This document shows positions 36,748-49,723 of a DNA stretch of 64,000 bases, in pieces; the first letter of the stretch is position 1, and every line of letters begins with the position of its first letter. Under the pieces are notes generated by a model, which ran no database searches, had not been told where the DNA came from, and saw only the letters and a program-made list of their open reading frames with translations. This stretch comes from Phoronis australis (Eukaryota > Animalia > Phoronida): NCBI GenBank assembly GCA_002633005.1, contig NMRA01000144.1, positions 546,248-610,247 of the forward strand. Direction: 5' to 3'. A program made the position numbers and the translations under genes.

Positions 36748-38367
36748 TTATTATGGCCCATGTTTTCCTTGGCACAAACGTTCACCAGCTCGCTCATAAA
36801 ACCCTCCCGTCTTGCGGACGGACCAAACCTGATCCCGCAGGTTATTCTTTGCCCGCGGTGTACTTCCCTGTTAACAGATTGAGTGGCTGGACTATTTTCG
36901 TTTCCGTTTCATTTCCGTTTCATTTCCTGCATAAGTTGTTTAATCATAAATCCATAAAATGAAATAAAAATTCTTTGTCTCACTTCATACTGGGAAGATC
37001 ATCCAGTTTACCAAATTTCATTGCAAAATCGATACAATATCAATACTCGTGTTCACGTGAACAGGGCAGAAAAGGACAACCTACACGCATTATTGAGCAT
37101 AATGTAAGTTCAATGATATTTTCTCTGTATCCTTATGTACTTTGTGTCAACATATCAACGTTTGACTTGCTTTCACTTTTAGAGCTTACGGCAGTAGTTG
37201 TAAAATGGTTCTGTCGAAAAATGACCCAAGGCGAATCGGCCGCTCTAGGGCTATGTGGGGTGTGCTTCCTGTCACTTTCGGCAAAATCACAGCGCTTGAG
37301 CGTTTGACGCTAAAATTCGTGTATTCTGTAACATATGATTTGGTTCACGTACAGCACGTGGCTGAACAAGGATGTTGTATGACACTTTACTCTATCGATG
37401 GATATCGCATCTTTATCGGTAGACATATCAACTCTATCGATGGCCACGGGCCTTTTGCAATCCCCAGTAGGCTGAGCCAGACGGCTTAGCAACGTCGGGA
37501 AATTTATTTTATAGTAAGTCCAGTACTCATGATTTAAAATTTTTTGCATCTGTTTATTCACCTGGATGAACAATAATATCCATCGTCTGCAATATGTTCG
37601 TAAACTGAAACTTCTTCATGCAAAGATATCGACTGACGCAGAGTCGTAGGAGAGTGTTGTCGGTGATACTGGCTTGACACACTGTATTATAGAAAGAAGC
37701 CACCGGTCCACCTGGAATTACTGTCATCATAACTGGAGTAAAACATGGGTTAGTTTCATCATGATGAGAACAATACTCGTGTCAGTCAACATTATTTCAC
37801 AACCATCGCGAATCGCGTCAATAAACCGTTAAACAATGACGATGTCATTCCAACTGTGCCAATGTTTTGGGAAACCAAAGCCGACCCCCGGGACTCGTAA
37901 GTTGTAGGGATGCGTTCTGTAGACGCTATAATTTTGCGAAAAATCAAGCTCACGCAGTCGTCCGAGTGAAAGGTGTTTCGCGGTCATGTGCGGAATTTAC
38001 TGCTAGCGTACGCAAGCAAAACGGTGGCCACCAAAGTGGTTGGTCGGTGAGGTTGCGATGTAATATATTTTGGGATAGAATTAACCTTTTCTGTTCCATG
38101 ACAGAAATTTTTTCACCGAAAGTGCAATTCAAATTGTCTTGGATCTACGGAAAGCAGCTCAGGTCGAACTACATGTGTAGTGCACAAGAAGAAACATTGG
38201 AAACACTCGAGGCCACCGTACCGCAGCACCAATGACACTGTCTTCCAACTCCGAGACTCTCCCGAGAAACATGAATTTTTAGCAATTATTTGATGAATAT
38301 TTACCTTTTACTTTTTCTCTATCCATAAAGATACAGGTACTCGGACTAATTTTCGTTGTCCTAATTA

Positions 38368-38595
38368 TGGAATTCCAAAACGGAAGAAATTCAGCTCAGA
38401 TTTATACTCCAATACCACGATAATATTAACATCAACATTTAAAATGTTGACATTTAGAAATCTTGTCAACCTTTTACTTAAATGTTGCCAACATCTTCAA
38501 AAAATCTTGTGAATAATTGAATACCAAAACGGAAAAATTCAACACAGAGTTACACTCCAAGACCATTATAATATTAACATACATTGACAACATTT
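38368..38595 (+). mobile_element. Left arm(s) of a fold-back-like element with repetitive TIRs (two tandem starts, 38368 and about 38517)
   Basis: TGGAATTCCAAAACGGAA...TAATATTAACATCAA...TGTCAAC repeats; inverted match to 53040-53323. Confidence 0.75.
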
Positions 38596-39783
38596 GTCTG
38601 CTGTCAAACAGTTAGCAGTGTTCGCCTGAGACTGCGTTTTTGCGTCATTTGACGCAACCAAATGAAAGACTCGAAGAGAGGTGCATCATTTTTTAATAGT
38701 TGCTTACCCTCCGTCGACAATGGACTTGGCCGTTTTAGTTACCGTATTCGCCCTAATAACCGCCCATGCCCTTATAAGCGCCCCCCACGCGTTTTTAGAC
38801 TTTGCTAAAACAAGCGCCCAGCCCATGAACGTGTACGTGCGAAAAATGCCTGAAATTCTACAGTAACGTCTTCAATTTATCAATAATATCCGACAGTCCT
38901 GAAAAAATTAATCATTGTGCACAAAATTTCTAGACCATGAGCCTCGCCGCTATGTCGGTATTTAGCCGTGACTACACTCCTTAAACTTCTGCCATCGGTG
39001 CCTCAAAACGAACACTAAAGTTTTGCTAATCTTGCAAGGAATGTGCCCCACTTGTAGACCTAATTCACGCGGCGGACCTTAAAATCGAGGCTCACTGCAA
39101 TAAAAAAGCGGAAGTTGGATATAAGATCTTAAAAATGTGTCGATAATTAACCACAGAGACGTAGAGAACAAGTCAATGCACCAAAGAGTTGTCTGACCAA
39201 AGGGTGTATTTTTTCCGAAACTAGGTTCGAAACGTGAAAAGTAAATACGACCAAATTGCAAGGATCCTAGTGTTACGGATTAGGTATTATGTTGAATGCA
39301 GGGTTACGTTTCTTCTTGTAAATTGTTGATAAAAATGCTTTCTACACAAACCAGGTCATCTGCTGGAATTGTTGACGAGCTGAAGACGTATTCGACAGTG
39401 GTGGCTCATTTCGTTTTACTGTCTTGTGCAATTAGTCTCATCAGATTTAATTTGTTGATCAAGGATCAAGCATAGTCTAGGTCCTGGTAAGGTGTGGACT
39501 ACCGGTACTAACAGTTGATTTGTCATTGATCTGAAAGAATAATTTATGTTATCAAATATATTTTTATTAAAATAAAAAGCAGGCTCCTTATTGAAAATAA
39601 AAATTATTTGACCATCAATTCTACTTTCTTGGTTTTAATAATTCGCTTACGTCTATTTCACTGTATTAGGCTTCTAATATCAATCTGGACCAAGATGAAT
39701 TTTAAAATTAGAACTCCTAATTCGTTCGTCAAAAGCTTAACCTCATTTTAGAGCTCAATTTCAGTTAACTGGACAGAGCAAGC

Positions 39784-40084
39784 CATAGGCGGATTTAGGG
39801 GGGCGGGGGCCAGGGCCGCCCTCTTGGGTGCCGCAAGCAGAATGAAACGGCAACAGCGTGAACCGTGAGGAAATATTGAGAATGGAGTTCAATACGAGGA
39901 CCTCAAACCCCAGATCGCGGCGGAATCGTGTTCTGTTTAGTTTTTTTTTTTTTTAGTCCACCTATAGATTTTCTGGACAGAAGGTCCACATGCCCCGCCC
40001 CCGCAACTTTCGGGCCGCCTGTGTACATACACTCGCGCTTTTCCCAATTCCCCGAGGCCTTATGGTATCCTAGATCCGCCACTG
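39784..40084. mobile_element. hAT-like MITE with 6-bp TSD
   Basis: gcaagc|CATAGGCGGATTTAGG...CCTAGATCCGCCACTG|gcaagc. Confidence 0.85.
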
Positions 40085-40699
40085 GCAAGCATAGTTATGT
40101 TTCTTCAGGGGCCTCGTTCATCCGAGGAAAGGTTTCTGTGCCTTATGAGAGGGGAATTTTTTCGCCGAGTGAGGGGAAAAATCTGCCTCGCGATCACCAT
40201 CAATAGCACCCCCACCCTCTTGCAAGTACCATTTTGTGCTCTTTCAGACTGTCACCTGTATGATTTGAACTTAGTCCGAGAGGATTTTTCAATCACTAGG
40301 GTAATTTTTAGGCCTCGTGGGGGGAATTTCGTATGATTTTTCATTTTTTTGAGATGTTAATAAGACCGATATTCGGCCCCAAAATCGAGAGATTGAGGGC
40401 CTTGTCCTTTTTGGAAAGATGAATGCACCATGCTTAAACCTGTAGTCATGAAAACACAGCCTGGCTAGCCGAAGATTCTCGGGTGGTTGCTACTGCTCGG
40501 CAACCGAAATGCGACAAAATGTGATTTAACTTTTCGAAAACATTTAATTAAAAATTTTACACTGGCATATTTTCCTTTGTCGCGGCGTATGGCAACGACC
40601 CAAAGCTTCCGAATCTCAACGTTCTTAGCGATTGTAAAACAGACGGTTGAGTGTCCGTATTTTTTCTAGCCGTTCGAGCAACGCGGAATACAACTATGC

Positions 40700-40888
40700 T
40701 GATAAGCCAACGGAGCTATCGTAGCGAGCCTCGTTTTGGAAACCACCTCCTGTCGGCGTGAATTAGGTTTATATGGTCTGGCCTTTCAGAACAGACGTAG
40801 TGTACTTGTCAACGGGATTGTATTGTAGATATTTCCCGCCCTCAACAGGAATTTCTTTGTACACGTGAAAGCCGCGAATCGTTCGGAG
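40700..40888 (-). pseudogene. HIRAN-like domain relic (N-terminal half plus possible C-terminal scrap)
   Basis: IRGFHVYKEIPVEG..YL..NPVDKY..SVLKGQTI then, after stops or a deletion, GGGFQNEARY; matches the IRG-x-HVY...N-x-x-D-x-YAV signature. Confidence 0.65.
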
Positions 40889-42744
40889 ACTAATCACCCC
40901 GGCCAACTCGCGATCGAGAACGCCCGGAAGGCGATCGAGTACGAAATTTGGCGCGAGAAGCAAAGCCCAAGCAAGGTGAGTAAATTTGAAGAATTTTCAT
41001 AGTTTTTACTTCCAATGTGAAAACAGAGACATGAGTTCAAGGCGTAACACATTGAGGAAGGGCAGGTAGAGGTTTAGACTTAGTGTCTCTTCCAGTAATT
41101 GCAGAAAAGTTAGGTTAACCGAGGCATCGCATGAGCCGAAGGTGAGTATGTCATTTTGGTAAATTGCGGTTATTTTTGGCACTAAATCAATAATTTGACC
41201 ATGAAGAAATGACGTGAGAAAATATAACACAACGCTAGGTTTTTGTAGTTTTGTAAGGAGCTCTGAATTTTCGACACTTTTCTGTTGAAAGATGCGGTTG
41301 AGAACGCAAAGATAAGCGATCGGGAACGCGAATTTGTGTTTGTTTATGGGATCGGAAACGCATCGTGGTGTGTCGAACAATAATGAGCTATTCACTTATA
41401 AAACGTGTTAAAGGTTACAAAATAAGTGTGGTGCAATGAATTAATCACATTTTGCGTTATTACTGGTTTACTTTCGTATCAAAACTAAACAATAGCATGC
41501 GTATTACCAATAAATCGCCATGAGCACTACATGTACGTCAAGCGCACTATTTTAGTTCTAGATATTTTCACAAATGATTTTATTTTCATTTCAGGAAACA
41601 AGTTCACTGTTATTGTTAGGCGAGCTTCAACGAGCATGTTACCCACGACGTGAAGGTACACCCTACCAGGGTTTTGAAATACAGACATCTACTTTAAGAC
41701 GAAACCACTGGGAACAAGGTGTTGTAAACTGAAGACTCGCCCAGGAGTTGTTCCATGTGGCGTGCCAGTCAGGGGCAAACAAATTGTTGCATCAGATAAA
41801 AGCCAGTGTCGAATCTTCTTGCAAAATTGTGACAGCAAAAGAAGTTGTGTAAACTGATGTGCTGATAAAACGGGTGGGTTTTACTTGATGTTTTACTAAT
41901 AACATCGATACAGAGATGAACAGATTGACTTGTGGCATCCCTGTGGCTTGAATGTAAGTTGTGTTTGACTCTTCTGTTTTGAAGTGTTGGTCCTAAGCTC
42001 ACGATCTTCAGCTCATGATCTCCAGCTAATGTGACTTGAAAAAGATTGAGACAGTTATAATACACGTACTATATTGTGATTTTCTCAAAACGTAGTCAAC
42101 ATGTTGTCTTTAACGTCACTTCAACTACACAACACTGTAGTGACTTACACAGGAAATCAACAACAATAGTATAGCATTTCTATTATTATTTTAATCTTTT
42201 ATCACACATAACTCAAAATTGGTCATACAAAAATATATAAAATATTGCTTTAGGGAAGTCAACATTACAAATCCATTGAACATTTCATACGAATTACTTT
42301 TGGAATGTATTAGACTAAATCATCACTGACAGTGTATTTCAGACTGATTGATAGTATAATAGTCTCTAGCAGGAAATAACTATATGAAAGCAATTTCTAC
42401 AATAATCATAGACATACATTTTCTTTTAAAATACTAATTGGTCAAAACAATTTTATGTAAGTATTGCCCAATGACACTTAATATGACCATTGAAATCTAC
42501 CTAAACACTATAAAAATGCACTGGTTCTGTTAAAGGTCCTGTTGAAATAACACAAATATAGAAAGAAACTTGAGGAAAAAAGGTTTGAAACAAAACGTCA
42601 AAATACTATCACATCAGACAACTACCAACCATAAACTGTAAATCTGAATAAACTATAGAGACTTAACAACCTTCCCCACTGGACTTAATAATTTCGTTCA
42701 TGAGGTTTCTGCTTCTTAGGCCTGTAGAAGGAGGCATACTGCAT

Positions 42745-42935
42745 TGCATGACATGCCACATTCACCACAAAAAGAAGTGTCCTCGTGCTGTGACGCAATG
42801 TGTTGCGTCAGGCTCACTCTTTCCGCGAAATATTGGGCACAGATAGGACACTGAATCGACTTGGTTCCTGAGCACGCGACGCATCATGTTGTGTTTTCCT
42901 CTATCGGTAAAAAAAACTTGACGCATGCAACGCGT
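42745..42935 (-). pseudogene. C2H2 zinc-finger array relic
   Basis: SGTKSIQCPICAQYFAERVSLTQHIASQHEDTSFCGECG: one intact C-x2-C-x3-F-x5-L-x2-H-x4-H finger with broken neighbours. Confidence 0.75.
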
Positions 42936-43035
42936 CAATCACAGGGCTGGTAAAGGTCTTGATTGCTGTAGTGTCATTGTGTTTTATTGACATGTGGTCA
43001 TACTAAGTCGATTTCTTAGTTCCTGAACGAAGCTC

Positions 43036-43036
<1 letters not shown>

Positions 43037-43086
<50 letters not shown>
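43037..43086. repeat. (AC)n microsatellite
   Basis: About 25 perfect AC units. Confidence 0.97.
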
Positions 43087-43088
<2 letters not shown>

Positions 43089-43579
43089 CTTTGTGACATG
43101 CAGCAGTTGTACTACTCTTTTTTGAAGGGGTGGACTTTAACACCCTGAAGGACTCGTCTTGTAGCTACAGTTCAACTGAAAAAAATTAAACGCATTCAGT
43201 TATGTTTGTGAGGCTAAATCTCACGACAAAGAAATCGTGAAGAAAACGACTAAATATAATTAATAATCAACCCATCAACTAATTCAGGGTCCGTATTATT
43301 CTAAAATTATTGACATAATACCGTAACTTAACAACTATTCAGGCCAATACAGTGAAAAAATGTGCGTTCACGATCGCTTTTTTTTGCGTTCGCGATCGCC
43401 ATAGAGAACTAATGACTTCGTTCCCGATCGCCGTCTCACACAAGGACCTGCTTGTATTGGTAAATATCTCAAATTGTTTCACAAATCATAACTAACAAAG
43501 GTGTCACCAGGGACGATTAAACTATAAACGTCCAACTCTGGAATTAAGCTAACACTTAAGTAGAAATTATTGACTTTAA

Positions 43580-45224
43580 AGGAGAATGCCACCCGATTTA
43601 ATTAGTCTTTTTTGCCGTCTTAATCGGTCTATATCCTCGCATACGGTCGACCTTACCTTGCCGAGAGGTGTCGCGTTAACCTGTGAGGAAGGTGAGAAAC
43701 GACGCTAGCGACGTCAGTGGTTCATATGCAGAGTGAATGCCGCTATGTTGCGGTGCATCGTTCCCGCTTGTCCGAACTAAGCAGCTGCGAGAGTCCGAAA
43801 TGCTTAGGAAGTGGCTCATGGTAGTGAAGAATGACATGCACGTTGTAAATAGCAAGTATGAGATCGTGAAACATCTCCGTGTCTGTGGCCTGCAGACGTC
43901 GACAGTGCCTGGGCGAATGCCGGCTTACCAAATAACTCTATACGTTCCGTTGTCTGAGCTTGTTCACGGCGCCTCTCTAGTATTTCTTCATCACTGTATT
44001 CCTGTTCGAATGGATAGCCTGTAAAACTTAACGATCTACCAGCGAAGTCGGGACTGATGAGCTCTAGCTCGTCCTATGTCGGCATTGCGAGTTGCCTTAT
44101 GTTGGCGCTTATTGTACTGAGCGTTCTGTTTCAAAATGAATTATTCTCTACCTAACCAATACTTATATAAAACTGAAACAAAGTCTGTCTCATTAGATGC
44201 AATTTGTAATGCCTTTGGAGTGTTCGTGAGTGCAAATGATTTGAGAAGCCAGCAATGAATAAATCTTTGCGTTACCGGCTTTAGGTGCAATTGACGGGAC
44301 ACCGAGGCCGTGTGAGCTCATGCTAATTTAGTGTTTGCTGGCAGAAACCGTTGTGAAACAACTCGATTTCCATCCCACGGCCAGGTGTTAGGGGAATCTT
44401 TATTTACATTTACATTTACATTACTCAAATAATGATTGTCAATGTACAACTTCTGCCCTGATGGTGCTGTGGACAAAGCGGAACCTGAATTCGCGGCCCT
44501 CGACGAGTAAGTAGATTTGCAGTTTCGTCGTGGCTATTTCACCAACATAATCAGGTGCACATTACTTTGGCTCACTATTATAGTATTTTCTTGACTGGAA
44601 GTTTAGTTTTCACTGAACTTTGGCTGATTTATGTTCGTGTGATCAGTTTCCGAGCCACTGGCTGGGATAACGACTCGGCCCAGTCAATCAGTCCGGCCGC
44701 GACGGGCCTGATCGGGCTCCGAGCCACTGGCCAGGATAACAAGCGTTTTGTTTTTTAGAACTCAAAAAATCTCAAGTCTAAACAACACAGATCTAGGTTC
44801 TCCTGTCTGTATCTCACGGAAAATACTTCGAAATTATCTCCAAACAGACCCCAAACTCCTGCTACGGACCTTATTGGCCTGCCGAACTTTGTCGGCTACG
44901 GTGTGTCCAAATACCAATAAATCCGTAAGAGCGAAATAAAACAACACGTTTTTATAAGAACTCGGTGTATTTTTAAGGGTTTTACATCGAAGTTTGATGA
45001 TGTATTGGTGTTAAACGATGACTTCAAGCGATAAGCTGACACCAGTAATCCGTGTTGTGAACTGTTGAACAGACAGCGTGTGAAACCGATGACGTCATTG
45101 GATAATTTCACCACCTCCGTCTGCCGTCAGGTGTCAGGTAACGCAACCGTACGTGTCCTTATGGAGTAGAACTACTCGATCTAAATTGATACAAATTAGG
45201 TTGTTTTTTGGGTGGCATGCTCCT
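43580..45224 (+). mobile_element. Complete non-autonomous Kolobok-type element (1645 bp)
   Basis: TTAA|AGGAGAATGCCACCC ... GGGTGGCATGCTCCT|TTAA; THAP relic on + (43737-43900, MPLCC..LRKWL..LRVCG) and KolX relic on - (about 44100-43945, YPFEQEYSDEEILERR). Confidence 0.9.
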
Positions 45225-45497
45225 TTAAGAGGCACAAGGCATTTTACCGAAAGCCATTGCTTTCTGAGCTCTTTATTTTGAAAAATAAGCAAAAGCCAAG
45301 TATTATTTCAGATCCACAACAAAGGCTACACTCTGACGCTTTTCTGTGTGTTGCATTCGTACCAAAGTGCCCTCTAAGCAGAAAATGGCACTTAAACTCA
45401 ACGGGTACGTCACTGTCGTATGCCTTTTTTGGTGCAAGGTCTCGTTCTCGATCGCCTTCCGGGCGTTCTCGATCGCGGGTTGGCCGGGGTGTTTTAG

Positions 45498-45567
45498 TAA
45501 CCTGGTTCCCTGGCCTCACAAGCTGACGTCACGGATGGCTTGTGAAGGCCCAGGTACAGGGCACTAG
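45498..45567. repeat. Small hairpin element
   Basis: CCTGGTTCCCTGGCCTCACAAGC ... GCTTGTGAAGGCCCAGGTACAGG imperfect stem. Confidence 0.55.
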
Positions 45568-45889
45568 AACGATGGTTTTTATTGGCTGTTAGTTGGCAAT
45601 TTTTATCCAGGAAGTTGACGTGCGCATGCGTATATCCGGTAATAAGTTATGAGGTCGCTAGGTGTCGCGAGTGTAAAAGTTATTTTTGGGTTGCGTTTGC
45701 GGTCAAAGTCTCTGGTGAAGTAGCTGTTTATATTGTTGTATTATCAACAAACTGAGATGAAATTCATGTAATTATCGATTCCTTATTATGTAAATAAACC
45801 TGAATTGACAATGGCTTCACCCTTTCCACTTGGAATTTTTCAGTTTCATAATTTGAAAGCTTTTCATGAATTGTTTAGGTCTCTTGCAG

Positions 45890-46046
45890 CAGGGGCGGAT
45901 CCAGGATTTTGAGTTGGGGGAGGGGGCAGGAGCAGAGTATTTTGCTCGTCAGACATTCGCACCCCCCAAACTTCCAAATGGAATCTGGGAATCTGGGAGA
46001 ACTTTAGGCTGAGCCATGGCCCCCTCCCCCCCCAAATCTGTCACTG
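45890..46046. mobile_element. Short hAT-like MITE, 5-bp TSD with one mismatch
   Basis: tgcag|CAGGGGCGGATCCAGG...AAATCTGTCACTG|tacag. Confidence 0.7.
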
Positions 46047-49000
46047 TACAGTGTTACAGTAGACACAGCTTCGTGTAATCGTGGCCTACACAGTGTTCAC
46101 TCCCTAGAACACCACATTTTTCGACCCTCCAGGTAGCAACAATTCTCGAACTACACCCCTCCCCTCGTTGTCATAATATTTTCTTTTCATTTCCCTCTTT
46201 GAGGTGGGATCCTGCACAACTTGAGGGTCCTGAGCAATTCAAATCACCTTGGTTAATTTAACGTGCGTTGACTTTCAAACTTATTGGAGAATGATTGGCC
46301 ATGATAATGACCAAAGTTCGAGAATGCACTGAAAACAATTGCTTCCAAGGGCATCCAGAACACCTCCGTTTTCGTAACCTCAAATTTCACCTAATAGGTG
46401 AACGCACTGTGCACGTGTGCAGAGTTCAGTTAGCATATTATTCTCAAGACTGAAAATCACGTGACTTCCCATATTTTGGATAACGTTAATCTCCGAGACA
46501 AATGCACGATCTTTTTATAAGGGTTAATGCTAACAACTGAACTCTTTCGTAGTAATTCTTGAACAGCTGTCTTTTTCACTCATTAAGCTTGAAGAAGTCG
46601 GCTCAGAGATTCATGTTGTCAAAAATGAGTCTGGTGCCCAAAGTTTCAAAAATAAAGGTATCGTATTATAACCCTTTCTGCAGTAGGAAAAGGTACCATT
46701 TGCAGTGTTTTTAACTTCCAGAGTGAAACCTGTTGTATTCATGGGAAGTTTTCTTTGGTAGCGATTTTTTCAAGCACTATTTTGAAGAGAAATTGTTTGA
46801 AAGAAATCACCCAGCGGAGTGTCATGTCCTGTATAAACCTGTGGGAGTGCCCCCTTGGAATGGTTTAAGGACAGTACCCGAAAATCCCAAGGATGGTGGA
46901 ATGAACCCTGTCCCTATAACTAACAATGTGGGTTGAACATCTTGGAAAGTACAAGCACAATTGTTGATTTCAGAATGCGCTTATCAGGTGATGTCTGCTG
47001 GCTTCAATATTTCCTTCGAATTAAACTCCTTTAAAGGTGCCATGAATGCGTTGTATGTGACAAAGAATAAATTTTGATCTGAACAACTGACCACTATATA
47101 CAGGAATTGGAAAGACTAAAAGAAGAAAAATTTCCAGATGATCTATCGTTTCACAAATAGGCTTGTGTGATAAAAATATTTTTCATGTTGTAAAATTTAA
47201 TTAATAAAAATAAAAGTCTTTGCATGAATGAAGTCAAATAATGATAAAAAAGAAGCTTGAAATCAAACAAGAGGAAATAAAAACAAAAAATAGGAAATCC
47301 TTTTAAAAGAGGAAAATTCCAAGCCATGTTTCTATCCCTGTCTCAACTTGTTCCTTGGTGGACTTGGAGGAACTCGAACTTTGTTATTGCTCAAAGCCAT
47401 GGTTATTGCACCAGGTCTTAAGCAATAACAAATTATCAGTTCAACCGAAGTCAATATACTACATGCAATCTCAGTAAGGAACAGTACAAGATCAAGAGTC
47501 TAAATCACGAGCACACACGTGAAGACTGACACCAGACACTAGTATCCAAATCCAGCTGCTGGATATGCCAATCTCTATGCGACCAATTGTGATTAGATTT
47601 TTGGTACTATTTAGGCCAAAAACAACATTGTTGGTAGTGAGACCAATCTTATATTGTTACATGACAATTCTAAAAAAAGGTTGGGATAATAACATCTTAA
47701 AAAATGGTACACTTTGTGGATAATTAACTTAAAATAGGTTCATTTTAGTACAGATGCTTTCTTATTCTCCACATTGTATTTTAATGCTTTTTGGGCTAAA
47801 CAGGTTCTAGCCCAGTCTTGATGGATTGATTTAAAACCCTGAAAAGGGATTATAAGATCATGTTTTGGGAATACACCTCTAGAGTGATGCTTTCAATCCA
47901 AATTGAACTCGAAATTGTTTTTGTCACTTCCAGTCCACTTCCTTGCAAGTTCAAGATAGTACTTAAGGACCACTAGATTCGAGCTAAAATTTGAGTAAAA
48001 ACTCAAGATTTCTAGCAAAGCCTCGAGCTCAGACTCAACCTCTTAGCTCCAATGCTGGGATCATTAATTGTCATAAATAATAAAAATAATCTCTAGTAAA
48101 AAGTTGAAATCCAGGGCCCAGGTGTTACTTTCATAATGGTCTATGCTTTCACAAGGCAGTGAATGTGCAACTTGAATGGTAGTCGGGTCTTTAATAACCT
48201 ATTTCCCCAGCACCATTGGTGTAGTCAGAATTATTCAACAGAAATTGTTGGCGACCAGTGATTGTGATGAGAGGCAACCTGGAGGCACTGCATGAACAGG
48301 GGACATGGACAGGGGAGCTAGGCAAGCACAAAACCGGAATGAGTTTCTATCAGGGGAAGGGTCTGCAATGAAGATGGGGTAGCCCTGTTGTGCGCCCCAC
48401 CACTGTAGTGCCCAGACTTAGTACTTCAGTCTATCCCTAAACTAAACCATATTTCTGATCAATACATCAGCAAAATAAAGTTCCTAATTGTTAGACAAAT
48501 TTCATGATATGTTGTGTGATTTGTAGCCTATGAGTGTAATGTTTCTAGGAACACATTAAAGACATCACGGTTTTTAATTTTGAGTCAACGTGAGGGTGTT
48601 TGCCAGTGCAAATGTTCTGAAGCAATTCACACTGCCCAACTCTTGCCACGAGGAGGTCCCCTCAATAAGAGTCAAATTTGTAATTTTGAAAAACTGTTCG
48701 AAAAGACCGAAATGTTGACTAAAATCACTGCTCTATTATGTAGATCCTAACTACAAGAATGACACACTAGCATGTTGTTCAAAACACTGAGCAAACATAT
48801 GGTAATAGTCGCATACAGGGGACCCCCACTTTGAGAAACAGTATTTTCAACTGCATAACAGAAACCTGTTTTTCACTGAATAGTAGACATTAAAACTTGT
48901 TCTCAAAATGCGGATTGCCAGTGAGTGACTATTGCCTGAATAGCAATCCAACCATCTAACGCGCAAGAAACCGTCAATTTGGGTTAAGTGACCCAACTCA

Positions 49001-49420
49001 AAATCTTTGAAGTACCCTGAGCTCCCAATCTTTAAATGTGAGATGTTTTTGCAACTAGTCATTTCATGAACGAACCAGGTTTTTAAAGGCGAAGGCAACC
49101 TTTTTCCATGTCATTTTGAGCTAAAATAAGGTTGGTTGGTTATCCTAGACATATTTTTCACTTAATTACAGCTTTTCGTAAATTTATTAATTACTCGTCC
49201 GCTATTCCGGAAGTGACGTTTTAGGAGGCAAGCGTTTCCCGCCACTTGGTTTTGCATTGAGTTTACTGTGCGAATCTGTTCTATTGTACTTCTGTTTTGT
49301 GCTATTTTTCACCAATTGTCGCCACCACTTTCCATCGGCGAGTATTCTGCGGCAAGATAGGTTAGTAGAGAACTCAACTACGTTGCATTTAGGGATTGTT
49401 TAGTGTCTTGTAAGCTGAAA

Positions 49421-49723
49421 ATGGCTGGATTCGGTGACCCGTATCACAGTGACAGAAGTGTGAGTGACGGAGACCTTGTTCACAGCAGTGGTGACGAGGA
49501 ATTTTTCACGGACATTCAGTGGGTGGGTACATGTTTGAGCCCGAGTATAACGAGGCAGAGTACGCACAGGCATAGGCAGCTGTTGAGAGAAACGAGGCGG
49601 CTACTGAGGACAGACGTGGTGACACATCTTGGTGCAAATGCACTGTGTGCGTTGTTATGCCTACCTCAATGGAATGCTTGTGCTGTTCAGAGTTCGACGA
49701 GGCCAAGCCACTACTGGACATGG
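49421..49723 (+). pseudogene. KolX (P2X7 C-terminal/ballast-like Cys-rich protein), truncated
   Basis: MAGFGDPY...DEEF [frameshift] GYMFEPEYNEAE..*..RRGDTSWCKCTVCVVMPTSMECLCCSE: W-C-x-C-x2-C-x2-M-x4-EC-x-CC-x-E motif. Confidence 0.85.

Larger units (their letters stand above)
40889..45498. mobile_element. Long-TIR element with C2H2 zinc-finger relic; right arm interrupted by a Kolobok insertion
   Basis: CACCCCGGCCAACTCGCGATCGAGAACGCCCGGAAGGCGATCGAG (40897) is inverted at 45445-45491. Left arm 41155-41200 aligns across the Kolobok TTAA site; GCGATCGGGAACG motifs are mirrored at 43360-43430. Confidence 0.7.
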
